Virus record (IMG/VR): IMGVR_UViG_3300019888_000002
Coordinates: 67,158 to 131,157 of that record
DNA: 64,000 bases
Origin: a virus
Direction: 5' to 3' (one strand)
Part shown: piece by piece, positions 35,868 to 44,943 of the stretch
Layout of the letters: every line of letters starts with the position of its first letter
Numbering within the stretch: position 1 is the stretch's first letter
Made by a program: the position numbers and the translations under genes
Notes under the pieces: generated by a model
What the model saw: only the letters and a program-made list of their open reading frames with translations
What the model was told of the DNA's origin: nothing
Database searches by the model: none

Positions 35868-36704
35868 CTAGCCCTTCTTCCCGAGGGTCGGCATTCCCAT
35901 ATCGACAACCTCATCCTTGAGATGGCACAGAAAACGCGCGGGGCATTCCTTCATCTGAGCCGAGCCCGGTGCGCAGCAATAGCGCGGCGGAGTATCCAGC
36001 TCGACACTCTCGAGAACGTAGTGATACTTCTCGTAGATCTCGGACACAAGCGCGTCATTACGCCGAACCCGGAATTCACGCATGTTGTAAGGCCACCCGG
36101 CCTCCACGAGCATGAGAATGCCGAAGTCGTAGCCTGCCTCGGTCAGAGCGATGGAAAGCTGAGCATCCCAGCTCGGTTTGATCTCCGTCAGCGCACGATA
36201 GCTGTAGGTGTTCATCGTTTTGAGTTCGACGGGAAGCCGACCATGTACGGGGTGACCGACGATGAAATCGATCCGGCCCCGCACGTTGTGATCCTTGTTG
36301 ACGTACTCGAACTCGATATCCTCCTCGACCACCAGATTCGACATCTGCATCTGAGTCTGGAAGACACCGTGTAATGCCGAACCCATGGCCAGAGTCAGCA
36401 TCGAAGTGATGGTGCGTTTCTCCCAGACGAGCTGGGAGGCAAAGACCGGATGGAACATGTACCAAAGCTGCCGGGCACCCAGCAACGGGTGTGTCGAGGG
36501 GTGGAACATACCGTCACCCGGACCGGTCTCGTGCACCTCACCCTCGGGGTCACAGAGACCGTAGTACGGGCTCGAGTCGATCTCGATGGTGTACTTCTCC
36601 GGCCAGTTGTCGGCCAGCATCGAAGATTCGAAATACGGCAGGATCAGATCGTCGGCCTGGAGCCGAGCCAGAACCGAAGAGAACACCGGTTTGTGGATGA
36701 CCAT
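35868..36704 (-). CDS. Cas4/RecB-like PD-(D/E)xK exonuclease
   Basis: HPST, GSALH, E...GRIDF...VELKT, QLSIAL, C...C..CP..FLC. Confidence 0.8.
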   Translation of the reverse strand: MVIHKPVFSSVLARLQADDLILPYFESSMLADNWPEKYTIEIDSSPYYGLCDPEGEVHETGPGDGMFHPSTHPLLGARQLWYMFHPVFASQLVWEKRTITSMLTLAMGSALHGVFQTQMQMSNLVVEEDIEFEYVNKDHNVRGRIDFIVGHPVHGRLPVELKTMNTYSYRALTEIKPSWDAQLSIALTEAGYDFGILMLVEAGWPYNMREFRVRRNDALVSEIYEKYHYVLESVELDTPPRYCCAPGSAQMKECPARFLCHLKDEVVDMGMPTLGKKG

Positions 36705-37172
36705 TCAGCGACCGGCTTCGATCTTGGCGACAATGGCATAGAACTCCCGCTGCGCCTCCGGTTGGGTGAGAGCCTCGGCGATCTTCTCGAGGAACTTCAT
36801 CTCCCCGTCGGTGAGCCGCTCCGGGGGGACCGGTTCCTCGGTGATATGGCCGACCAGTTCGGCATAATCGTCGGTGGGAATCACCACATAATCGGAGGCG
36901 AACCCTCCCGGCTCCTCGAACCGAATCGGCAGAGCGAAATGTTTCCCGGCCGCGCGTGCGGTGACGACCCACTGGTCCATGAGCTTGCGGACCACCCGGT
37001 AACCCTTCTGGGTGGTGTGCTTGGCGTCGATCATCAAAGGCCACGCGGCCTCGGTGTAGTACCCGGTGGTGACTCCGTCGGAAGGAGAATGCCATTGGTT
37101 GCCGGAACCCGGCGTGGATTCCAAGTCGAACATCTTCTGCATGTCGTTCTCCAGCCTCAGCCAAGGGAGCAT
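36705..37172 (-). CDS. Hjc-like Holliday junction resolvase (PD-(D/E)xK)
   Basis: E...QK.F....TPGSGN.W..PSDG...IDAKHT. Confidence 0.7.
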   Translation of the reverse strand: MLPWLRLENDMQKMFDLESTPGSGNQWHSPSDGVTTGYYTEAAWPLMIDAKHTTQKGYRVVRKLMDQWVVTARAAGKHFALPIRFEEPGGFASDYVVIPTDDYAELVGHITEEPVPPERLTDGEMKFLEKIAEALTQPEAQREFYAIVAKIEAGR

Positions 37173-38365
37173 CAGTGATCCTCCGGGTCGGGGAGTCCGC
37201 GCCTCATTCCGGCACCCACAAGATCGGGTTCGGATGTGCGGTCTTGTACTGCTTGATGAGTGAGGGCCTGCTCGTCCATGTCCAGATCGATGTCTGTGAT
37301 GGGAGCTATCTCGGCGATCCGAGAACTGTCGTCACTGAGCGCGGCGAGCACCTCGGAAACAATGGTGGCCTTGAGCTTCTCGTCGGCGAGAATCGCGTCT
37401 CGCAGCCTGGCCCGTCCTCGGACCCTACCGCCCTCAAGAGCGGCATGAGCATAGTATCCACCGGATTGCACGTCGACCACGCCAACCATCTCGGAGAGCC
37501 GGATGCATTCCTCGGTGGTGTCGATACCGACCGGACCGTACTGGCTTTCCAGGTTGAAGAAGTTCCACGACGCCACCCGGCCCGGGGCTGCCATCTGATT
37601 CTTGAACACCCGGGCCTTGATGTCGTAACCGACGGTCACGATCTCCCCGTTGATCTTGTCCTCGAACTTCTCCCGGCCTCGGCGCAGCATAATCCTGGCG
37701 ATACAGGCATGTCGCCAGGCCATCCCCCCAGGAGAGTTGATCTTCTGCCCGGGACCACTGCTCATGTCAACACGCATCTGATTGACCCCGATGGTGAGGC
37801 ACTCGTACTTGGCCGAGAAATTGGCGGCGATCCGGGAGAAACGACTGATGGCCTTGGCGTTGCCACCGTACTCACCGACCTCGGCACTCTTCTCCATCGA
37901 GGCCAGGGTGGGAGCCCCGCCGATCGAATCGAAGATCACGGCCTGGATGGTGCCGGTGCCGACCGCCTCCACATACATATCGGTAGCCTGCTCGGCCGAG
38001 TCCGGCGAGAAATACAACAACCGCGACATCGCCTCGGAGCCGATCAGCTTCTCCGCCCACTCGGTGGTGAGCTTGTGCTCCATGTCGATGAACACGGCAT
38101 GGCGAGAGGAGTCCCCGAGCAACAACTGTCGGATGATCAGCAGAGCCAAGGTAGTTTTCCCGGAACCTTCCTCCCCGATCAACTCGATCATTCGGTTACG
38201 GGGGACGCCTCCGGCACCGAGCGCGAAATCGAGAGCCAACGAACCGGAGTGACAGACCTTGAGCGAGGGCATGTCGGTGGCCAGCATGACGGCGTTGTCG
38301 CCGAACTTCTTGGCCATGTCGACCCTGAGCTTGTCGAGCTTGGCCATCTGAGCCTTGGTGGCCAT
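37172..38365 (-). CDS. recA: RecA-like recombinase
   Basis: SGSLALDFALGAGGVP.NR..EL.GEEGSGKTT, IFDS, VNQMR, SPGG.A..H; start at ATG 38365 overlapping the dnaE stop. Confidence 0.95.
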   Translation of the reverse strand: MATKAQMAKLDKLRVDMAKKFGDNAVMLATDMPSLKVCHSGSLALDFALGAGGVPRNRMIELIGEEGSGKTTLALLIIRQLLLGDSSRHAVFIDMEHKLTTEWAEKLIGSEAMSRLLYFSPDSAEQATDMYVEAVGTGTIQAVIFDSIGGAPTLASMEKSAEVGEYGGNAKAISRFSRIAANFSAKYECLTIGVNQMRVDMSSGPGQKINSPGGMAWRHACIARIMLRRGREKFEDKINGEIVTVGYDIKARVFKNQMAAPGRVASWNFFNLESQYGPVGIDTTEECIRLSEMVGVVDVQSGGYYAHAALEGGRVRGRARLRDAILADEKLKATIVSEVLAALSDDSSRIAEIAPITDIDLDMDEQALTHQAVQDRTSEPDLVGAGMRRGLPDPEDH

Positions 38366-41300
38366 CAATTGTCCTCTCCGAATATCCAATCCAACCGCTC
38401 CACTTCGGAAGCACAACACCCCTTGAGCAACCGAGTCACCCGGACGGCCACCGGAACTTCTTCCTTCAGGTCCAGGAACCGATACCTGGCGTACTCGTGC
38501 GGGAACACGGTCACGTTGAAGATCTGGTAGTTCCACTCGATGTCGAGGAAGGCCATCTTCTGACCGGGATTCTTACCTCGTTTAGTGACGATCTCCTTGA
38601 TCCGGGTGATCTGACCACCGACGATGGCGGTCTGATTGGTGTGCAGATCCTCGAGTTCTTCCGGAGAGGACAGACAGTTCTGCTCGATGGCATGGACATA
38701 GGGAGCCATCGGGTCCTCCGTGACGAACGAGCCGGTGAGGTCTTTCTCGATCTCGTAAAGGTCGCGCCGTGATCCGAAACTCGGGATCGGATCGGCGGCC
38801 ACCTTCTCCCGGGCTGCCTTGACCAGTTTCTTGTGCGTCGGGGTGCCGTGGATCAGGATGTCCCGGAAACGCATCCACAGATCGTGGCGTTTCTCGCCGA
38901 AGGAATCGAAGGCCCCGATCTTGATCATCGTGAAAATAGCGCCCCGGTTGACGTTGGTCCGCTCGAGGAAATCATCGAAACTGGTGAACGGCTGCATCGG
39001 GAGGAAACGCTTGGTGGTGGAATCACCGATACCTTTGATGAAGTTGAATCCATAACGCACACCGTTGTCGGTAGAGCGGAAATCTCCACGGGACTCGTTG
39101 ATGTCGGGACCGAGGATGTCGAGTCCACGCATCCGCGCGTGACGCATGTAGATGGCCGTCTTCGGCGGCTCATCCTTCTCCTTCTTGGCGTCGGTGGACA
39201 ACAGCGCGGTGAGGAACTCCGGGTAGTAGTAGTGCCGCAGCCACACCTCCCAGGACGAGATGATGGCGTACTCGGTAGCGTGCACGATCGAGAAGGCGTA
39301 GCTGCCACTGGCTTTGATCGAGCGCCAGATGTTCTCGGCATCGGCGCGCGGGTCACCGGTCTCGGACCCGGTACAGAAGACAGGGTTGGCCAGGCACCCG
39401 TCCACGAACTGTTCGTGAAACTTGTCCAGCTCGGCCTGCTTCTTCTTGCCGACGGCCGAACGCACCGAGTCCGCCTGACCGGGGGTGAACCCGGCCAGGT
39501 CCTTGACGATCTCCATGATCTGTTCTTGCAACACGATGATGCCGAAGGTGCGTTGGAGGTGTTTCTCGGTCATCGGGTTCTGGAAGCTGGGTGCCTCGAG
39601 GCCCTCCCGTCGAAGCAGAAACGGTTCCAGCTGCTTGGCATAGATGACACCCGGCCGGTTGGCCGAGATCAGGTCGGCCACCTCGACCTCGTTGTTCGGC
39701 TTGAAACGCTTGGCCACCTTCGTCATGTCCGCCGTCTCCAGCTGGAAGATCCCGGTGGTGTCACCACGATGGATCTCGGTCCAGATGTCGGGGTCGGAGT
39801 ACTGCTCGTCATCGAAACCGTAGAGATCGAGCGTGACCCCGTGGCGCTCCTCGATCAACTTGAGACACATCTCCACGGTGTCGAGATGCCGCAGACCGAG
39901 CACGTCGAACTTGACGAAGCCCATCTTCTCGACTTCGTTCATGGTCCACGCCGACACCAGCGCCTTGCTGTTGGCCGACCCGGTCACCCGGATCGGCAGA
40001 ATCCCTTCGAGATCCTCGGTGGAGATCAGGATGCCGGAGGCGTGGCTGCTGGAACCCCGGATCATCCCGACCATCTCGGACATCTTCTGGAACAACCGTG
40101 GGTACTTGACGACATAGGGGGCCATCGGCTCGGCGAGCTGTTCCATGATCTCATCCCAGGTCATGGAGGTCTTGTCGGGATCGTTGCTCTTGGCTCTGTC
40201 GAAGATCTTCGACATCTCCGTGGAGTCGTTCCAGTCGATCTTCCAGATACGGGCGAGGTCTTTCAGAATGCCCTTGGGTCCCAGCGTGGACACGGTGCCG
40301 ATGGTGACCACACGATCGTGACCGAACCGTTCCCCGAGATCGATCTTGACCTGCGGTCGTTTGGACTGGGGGAAGTCGAGATCGATATCCGGCAAGCCCT
40401 TGCGGTCCGGATTGAGGAAACGCTCGAACGGCAACCCGTACTTGATCGGGTCGACCTCGGTGATATCCATCAACCAGGTACACAGCGAACCGCCACCGGA
40501 GCCACGGCCGGGACCGAGAAGCATGGTCGACTTGGCGTGCTTGGTGTAGTCGGCCACCACGTTGAAATACCCGGCGAAGTCCTTCTCCAAAATAAGCTTG
40601 GCCTCGTATTCGAGCCGCTCGTGATAGCGCTCGACATCGAGCCCCCGCTGCACGATCTTGCGCTCGAACCCGGCCTCCAGTTGTTTGAGGAACAATTTGT
40701 TGTCCTCCTCGGAGGACTCGGTCACCCGGGGCATCCGCAGTTTGGGTTCGATGCTGACATTGCACGCCTCGGCGATCACGGCGGTATGAGCGATGGCCTC
40801 CCGGGTGACCTTCTCGGTGACCCCATGCCTGGCCATCCAGAAGACCAGCTCGTCGTCCCCCATCATGTGCGCGGCGCACTGGCCCCGGCCGGTCTGGTCG
40901 TCGTTCTTACCGGTCGACATCTCCCAGACGATGTTGTGGTTCTCCCACTCCTCGGGCTGGGCATAGTGCGAATCGTTGACCACCACCAGCGGGACCCCGT
41001 ACTGAGTGGCCAGAGCGACCTTGCCCTGGTTGACCTTGGTCATCTGAGCGTTGAGGTCACGCTGCTCGTTGTTCTCGGCCTCCATGAACTGGAAGGTGTG
41101 CAACTCCATGAAGAAGTTGTCACCGAACGCATTGAGATACCGACCCATCAACTCGTGGCAACGGTCTTCGTCGTCGGCGAGAATGGCACGGGCCATCCAG
41201 GCAAGCAGGCACCCGTCGCTGGCATAGATGTCCTGGCCGTACTTGGCGATACCGTCCCAGTCCTGAAGGGCTCGGCGGTATCGCTTGTTGATGTAGGCAT

Positions 41301-41625
41301 CCGAGGACCAGGCCCAGAGATTACGCAAGCCGTTGTTGTTCTTGGCCAACAGAGTGACATGGCTGAAATCCTTGGGCATGTACTTCTCGGCCACGGCCTG
41401 TTGATAACTGTCGACCAGGTAGCCTTCCATGCCCAGGATGGGCTTGATCTCGGCACGCTCACACGCCTCGAGGAACATGAGGTGAGCACCGACCTCCTGG
41501 TGATCGGTGAGAGCCACAGCCTTCTGTCCGAGTTCGACGGTGCGCTGAGCGATCTGTTCGACACTGGCATAACCGTCGAGAAACGAATGCTGACCGTGAA
41601 CATGGAGTCCGACAAAGTCACTCAT
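38365..41625 (-). CDS. dnaE: DNA polymerase III alpha subunit (DnaE) with PHP domain
   Basis: HGQHSFLDG, TDH, NDSHY, GPGRGSGGGSL, FERFLNPDRKGLPDIDLDF, HASG, KFDVLGL, GIFQ, SANRPG, QEQIM, YAFS..HA, C-terminal OB fold. Confidence 0.98.
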   Translation of the reverse strand: MSDFVGLHVHGQHSFLDGYASVEQIAQRTVELGQKAVALTDHQEVGAHLMFLEACERAEIKPILGMEGYLVDSYQQAVAEKYMPKDFSHVTLLAKNNNGLRNLWAWSSDAYINKRYRRALQDWDGIAKYGQDIYASDGCLLAWMARAILADDEDRCHELMGRYLNAFGDNFFMELHTFQFMEAENNEQRDLNAQMTKVNQGKVALATQYGVPLVVVNDSHYAQPEEWENHNIVWEMSTGKNDDQTGRGQCAAHMMGDDELVFWMARHGVTEKVTREAIAHTAVIAEACNVSIEPKLRMPRVTESSEEDNKLFLKQLEAGFERKIVQRGLDVERYHERLEYEAKLILEKDFAGYFNVVADYTKHAKSTMLLGPGRGSGGGSLCTWLMDITEVDPIKYGLPFERFLNPDRKGLPDIDLDFPQSKRPQVKIDLGERFGHDRVVTIGTVSTLGPKGILKDLARIWKIDWNDSTEMSKIFDRAKSNDPDKTSMTWDEIMEQLAEPMAPYVVKYPRLFQKMSEMVGMIRGSSSHASGILISTEDLEGILPIRVTGSANSKALVSAWTMNEVEKMGFVKFDVLGLRHLDTVEMCLKLIEERHGVTLDLYGFDDEQYSDPDIWTEIHRGDTTGIFQLETADMTKVAKRFKPNNEVEVADLISANRPGVIYAKQLEPFLLRREGLEAPSFQNPMTEKHLQRTFGIIVLQEQIMEIVKDLAGFTPGQADSVRSAVGKKKQAELDKFHEQFVDGCLANPVFCTGSETGDPRADAENIWRSIKASGSYAFSIVHATEYAIISSWEVWLRHYYYPEFLTALLSTDAKKEKDEPPKTAIYMRHARMRGLDILGPDINESRGDFRSTDNGVRYGFNFIKGIGDSTTKRFLPMQPFTSFDDFLERTNVNRGAIFTMIKIGAFDSFGEKRHDLWMRFRDILIHGTPTHKKLVKAAREKVAADPIPSFGSRRDLYEIEKDLTGSFVTEDPMAPYVHAIEQNCLSSPEELEDLHTNQTAIVGGQITRIKEIVTKRGKNPGQKMAFLDIEWNYQIFNVTVFPHEYARYRFLDLKEEVPVAVRVTRLLKGCCASEVERLDWIFGEDN

Positions 41626-41646
41626 GAATCTCCTGTGGGGATGGAC

Positions 41647-41761
41647 GAGAGAGATGTGGTCGTCAGGAGTCGTCTTACCCCGCCTGCCGACGGGGACCGT
41701 CCTTCAGGGCACCCCGACGGAATCTCACTGACCGTTACCGGCGCGTCGACCACATCCTCTC
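41647..41761 (-). ncRNA. Putative structured RNA element in the ssb-dnaE intergenic region
   Basis: Perfect 10-bp stem gatgtggtcg/cgaccacatc extended by gagag/ctctc; nested tcag/ctga, gag/ctc, cgtc/gacg and an internal ccccg/cgggg hairpin. Confidence 0.55.
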
Positions 41762-41771
41762 TTCGAAGAAT

Positions 41772-42737
41772 CTACGACGAAGCGCCCGCAGGTTCCTTGG
41801 AACCCTTCGTCATCTGATCCCGCAACGAACTCATCCGCGTGTTGGCCGAGGACTCCACAGTCTGTGCCTCGTCGGCACCTTCGTCACTGAGCGGTGTGGT
41901 GGCCACATCGTCATTCTTCTCGTCCGATGCGCCCTCCGGGCTGCCCTTGCCCTTGTACTTGCCCAGCAGCGGCTCGCAGACCTCGGCCGTGGCCAACCGG
42001 GCGATCACCCAATCCTCGAGCGAGAGCGGCTGATCGTCGTAGACCTTGCGGACATCTTCCTCGGTGTCCAACCCGTCGATCACGTCGAGCGGCACCACCG
42101 AGTAGCTGGTCTTCTTGTCGTTGCCTTGACGCTCGATCAGGTAATCCCGATCGAAGAGCCCGTTGTTCCGACGGTTGTGGGTCATGAACATGTTCCAGAA
42201 ATTGGACAGGCCCTGCTTGATCAGGAAATACTGCCGCGCGTTCTCGACGGTCTGGGTCTTGCCTTCCTTGTCCTCGTAGGTTCGGGTGGCCGTCTTGTCC
42301 CGAACTGACATCTTGGTCCGGCCGCCCACCTTCTCCTGGGTTTCTTCCCGCAACACACACAGGCCGAGGGTGATTTCACGCCGGTACTTGGCAGGGTCGA
42401 CCACCTTCTTGGCATAGTCCCGCAACTCGATCTCGGGGTGCTCCTCGAAATAGTCCGGGATGTCCAGGCCGACCGAGGCAGGAGAGACAAAGGTACGAAC
42501 GGAATCATCATCACACTTGATGAAGTCGTACACCTCGCAGGTGATCACTTCGTCGGGCATGAACCGCACCACGTGCTCGTACTGCTCACCCTTGCCGTTC
42601 CGGTCGTCCTTCCAGACGAGCATCGGCACATAGTCCTTGGAGCCGGACGCCTTCTGCCGATCGATGGCATTCTGGACTTCATCGAAGCCTGACTTGAACT
42701 TGGCCTTGGCCTTGAGGTCCTTGATATCATCGGACAT
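41772..42737 (-). CDS. Probable single-stranded DNA-binding protein (gp32-like)
   Basis: VVRFMPD, DYLIERQGNDKKTSYSV, acidic low-complexity C-terminus; position upstream of the polymerase. Confidence 0.55.
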   Translation of the reverse strand: MSDDIKDLKAKAKFKSGFDEVQNAIDRQKASGSKDYVPMLVWKDDRNGKGEQYEHVVRFMPDEVITCEVYDFIKCDDDSVRTFVSPASVGLDIPDYFEEHPEIELRDYAKKVVDPAKYRREITLGLCVLREETQEKVGGRTKMSVRDKTATRTYEDKEGKTQTVENARQYFLIKQGLSNFWNMFMTHNRRNNGLFDRDYLIERQGNDKKTSYSVVPLDVIDGLDTEEDVRKVYDDQPLSLEDWVIARLATAEVCEPLLGKYKGKGSPEGASDEKNDDVATTPLSDEGADEAQTVESSANTRMSSLRDQMTKGSKEPAGASS

Positions 42738-42816
42738 GGGGGTTCTCTACTTTCTACTCAATCGTGCTGGGATACAAAGGGTTTCATGGAATTGTCTGGG
42801 ATGCGATGAGATGTCT

Positions 42817-42825
42817 ACCGTACCA
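42817..42825 (-). promoter_or_regulatory. Extended -10 element upstream of the putative ssb gene
   Basis: TGGTACGGT; single heptad. Confidence 0.4.
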
Positions 42826-42833
42826 CGATTGTG

Positions 42834-43622
42834 TCACCCGTGAGCGGAAACTGTCGTAGTAGTGGTCAATACTCCTTTCGCTTCGTCCGGGGTCGGACAT
42901 ACACCTCGAGGTATTCGTACCAGAGAGGACCGACAAGAGAATCCGTACCCGCTTCGAGTCAGCATCAGCTTGAGCGGACCCCGATAATCGATGTCGTGCG
43001 CAGCCTCCAACAGGAGGGCATACCAGATCTGCGCCCGCTCCCGGTCACCCTCGTAGGCCGGAGTCTCGAAGAGATAGTCGTAGAAGACCTCGACCTCGGC
43101 CGAGGACTGTTCTGTCGGATCGGAAGTGAGAACCTCCCCCGTGTCCACCATGTCCCTGACGGTGCGGCCCTGTGCCTGAGCCGTCGCCTTGACCTGCTCG
43201 TTGACCTCGTTGTCCACGAACTTGGAACCCGACGGACAGGAGTGATAGATCTCCCTGATCCGGGGATCGGTGAGATAACCCTTGATCTCGGTGATCTTGG
43301 CAAACAACCCGGGCTTGGGGTTGCTGCCATCGGGGTGATAAGTGGCCATCAGTTTGCGACAACGACGCTTGATCTCGGGAATGGTGGCCCAGGGGACCAA
43401 ACCGAGGAGAGCGTAATAATTGTTCGGGTCGTTGAGATTGCGTGGTACCAGTGCCAACTCACGGTTGGTCGAAGGAAACCCGCAACCGGGTTCGGCCGTA
43501 TCACGTGTGCAATAGCTGGTCGGCAACTGGAAAGTGGTGTTACCGAAGTAGAGGTTCCCGGTGGTGGTGTTCGACCCCGTGGAATATACGAAACTCTGTG
43601 TTCCGTGGGAGGGGAAGGTCAT
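42834..43622 (-). CDS. J-domain (DnaJ-like) protein
   Basis: NYYALLGL...ATIPEIKRRCRKLMATYHPD...ITEIKGYLTDP..REIY; intact HPD motif. Confidence 0.85.
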   Translation of the reverse strand: MTFPSHGTQSFVYSTGSNTTTGNLYFGNTTFQLPTSYCTRDTAEPGCGFPSTNRELALVPRNLNDPNNYYALLGLVPWATIPEIKRRCRKLMATYHPDGSNPKPGLFAKITEIKGYLTDPRIREIYHSCPSGSKFVDNEVNEQVKATAQAQGRTVRDMVDTGEVLTSDPTEQSSAEVEVFYDYLFETPAYEGDRERAQIWYALLLEAAHDIDYRGPLKLMLTRSGYGFSCRSSLVRIPRGVCPTPDEAKGVLTTTTTVSAHG

Positions 43623-43631
43623 GGACGGCTC

Positions 43632-43841
43632 TCAGAAGGGCCTCTTGTCGGCAGGAACGTCGAGCGCGTCGAGCCGGTCCCGTCGTTCTTGAATGTACTG
43701 AGCATCCCGTACCTGCCGCTGTGCCTGGTCTTCCTCATGAGCTGCGGTGATGTCGATGAGCGACTCGAGCAGTCCCGGTCCGGGCTCGAGGTACTGATGC
43801 TCGACCGTAGGGTACGGACTGTCGTCCTGGGGTGCGCTCAT
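43632..43841 (-). CDS. Small hypothetical protein
   Basis: ATG with GAAGG; overlaps the primase 3' end. Confidence 0.5.
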   Translation of the reverse strand: MSAPQDDSPYPTVEHQYLEPGPGLLESLIDITAAHEEDQAQRQVRDAQYIQERRDRLDALDVPADKRPF

Positions 43842-44943
43842 CCGTTGCCTTCCATTCGGCCATGGCCATGTAGCCGGACCTCGCTCGAGAAATCACATCC
43901 ATGAGCTGATCCCTGTCTCTGTAGTCTCCCAGGTCTTTGCCCTTCTCGGCGGGGACGACCTCGACAACGGTGTGACGGTACAACGCCTCGGTGAGTCGAC
44001 GTGCCGCCAGTTGTCCGGCCGGGTCGTCGTCCATGAAGATGGTCAGCTTGGCAAACGGCCGGAGCAGAGCTACCTGCTCTTCCGGCATCTTGGCCCCGAA
44101 GGTGGCGACCACCCCCGCCAACGGGTCTCGATCATCGAGCATCAGGGTCTCGGCCATGGCCACCGACATCGGGGACTCGACCACGATCAGCTCCTCCTTG
44201 CCCCGCTCGATCACCCGCTGAAGGTTGTAGAGCGTGGAGAACTTGGGAAATCCTTTACTGTTCTTGTACTTCTCGATCCGGCCGGTCTCAGGGTTCGGCG
44301 GGGTCCGAGGCCAGCGAGGATCGGTCAGGCAACGCTTCTGCCAACCCACCAGCTTCCCGTCCGGGGTCCAATGCGGGAAGGTGACCCGGACGGCCACCGG
44401 GTCGTACCCGATCTGGAGCCGAGACGCGGCCTCGAGCGAGATGCCCCGGTCGGCGAGGAACGGATGCATGTTGGCCCAGCCCTTGAGCACCCGATCGGAG
44501 TAGACAGGGTAGCTCTCCCGCTTCGGGGTGGCATCGGCGAAGACATTCTTCAACTCGTCGGCGAAGGACAGCTGACGCTCCGAGGATGCCTCTCCTACCA
44601 GCTCCGAGAGCAGCGGCATGATGTCGGCGAGATGGGTCTTGTTCTCCATCCGCAGGATGAACTGAAGAATGTCGCCACCCGGCCACGTGGAGTAGGTCCG
44701 ACACAAATAGAGCTTGGATTCGACATTGGCCAGCGCGCTGGGGTTTTCGTCACCGTTGGCATGATGCGGGTCCACCCCGTCCAGCAGGCAGGAGTGCACG
44801 ATCTCGTCACCCTCGAGGCTCTGATTGCGGGCTCCGTAGTGATCGAGCACGACGGCCACATCGATCTGCCGAAGGTACTGCTTGTAGAGCCTGCGCGCGT
44901 TCTCCCGCTCCTCGAGGATGCCGAGTCCCCGGATCAGTTTCAC
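43735..44943 (-). CDS. dnaG: DnaG-like DNA primase (TOPRIM)
   Basis: Zn-region HSC..H.NGD.NPS, F...RGI, RVTFPH, VGWQKR, KYKNS, LYN, VVESPMS, DDDPAG, KDLGD; GTG start overlaps the dnaB stop. Confidence 0.9.
   Translation of the reverse strand: MKLIRGLGILEERENARRLYKQYLRQIDVAVVLDHYGARNQSLEGDEIVHSCLLDGVDPHHANGDENPSALANVESKLYLCRTYSTWPGGDILQFILRMENKTHLADIMPLLSELVGEASSERQLSFADELKNVFADATPKRESYPVYSDRVLKGWANMHPFLADRGISLEAASRLQIGYDPVAVRVTFPHWTPDGKLVGWQKRCLTDPRWPRTPPNPETGRIEKYKNSKGFPKFSTLYNLQRVIERGKEELIVVESPMSVAMAETLMLDDRDPLAGVVATFGAKMPEEQVALLRPFAKLTIFMDDDPAGQLAARRLTEALYRHTVVEVVPAEKGKDLGDYRDRDQLMDVISRARSGYMAMAEWKATDERTPGRQSVPYGRASVPRARTGTARVAHRHHRSS

Noticed and set aside
35868-36704. Cas4-like gene as evidence of a CRISPR system
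   Set aside because: No cas1/cas2 and no repeat-spacer array in the window; stand-alone Cas4-like exonucleases are common in phage recombination modules
37172-38536. ORF-track extended starts (recA 38536, thyA 6113, primase 45006, wHTH 3633, MTase 12280, wedge 59875)
   Set aside because: Extensions overlap upstream genes in other frames; downstream starts have RBS and 1-4-bp overlap coupling
41690-41730. Hammerhead ribozyme core (CTGAAG)
   Set aside because: Does not match CUGANGA and no GAAA partner strand is present
38833-41817. 994-aa plus-strand ORF (likewise 32591-34546, 30017-31696, 61745-63325, 53025-54197, 47835-49286)
   Set aside because: Antisense shadows of well-supported minus-strand genes in high-GC DNA; no motifs or RBS
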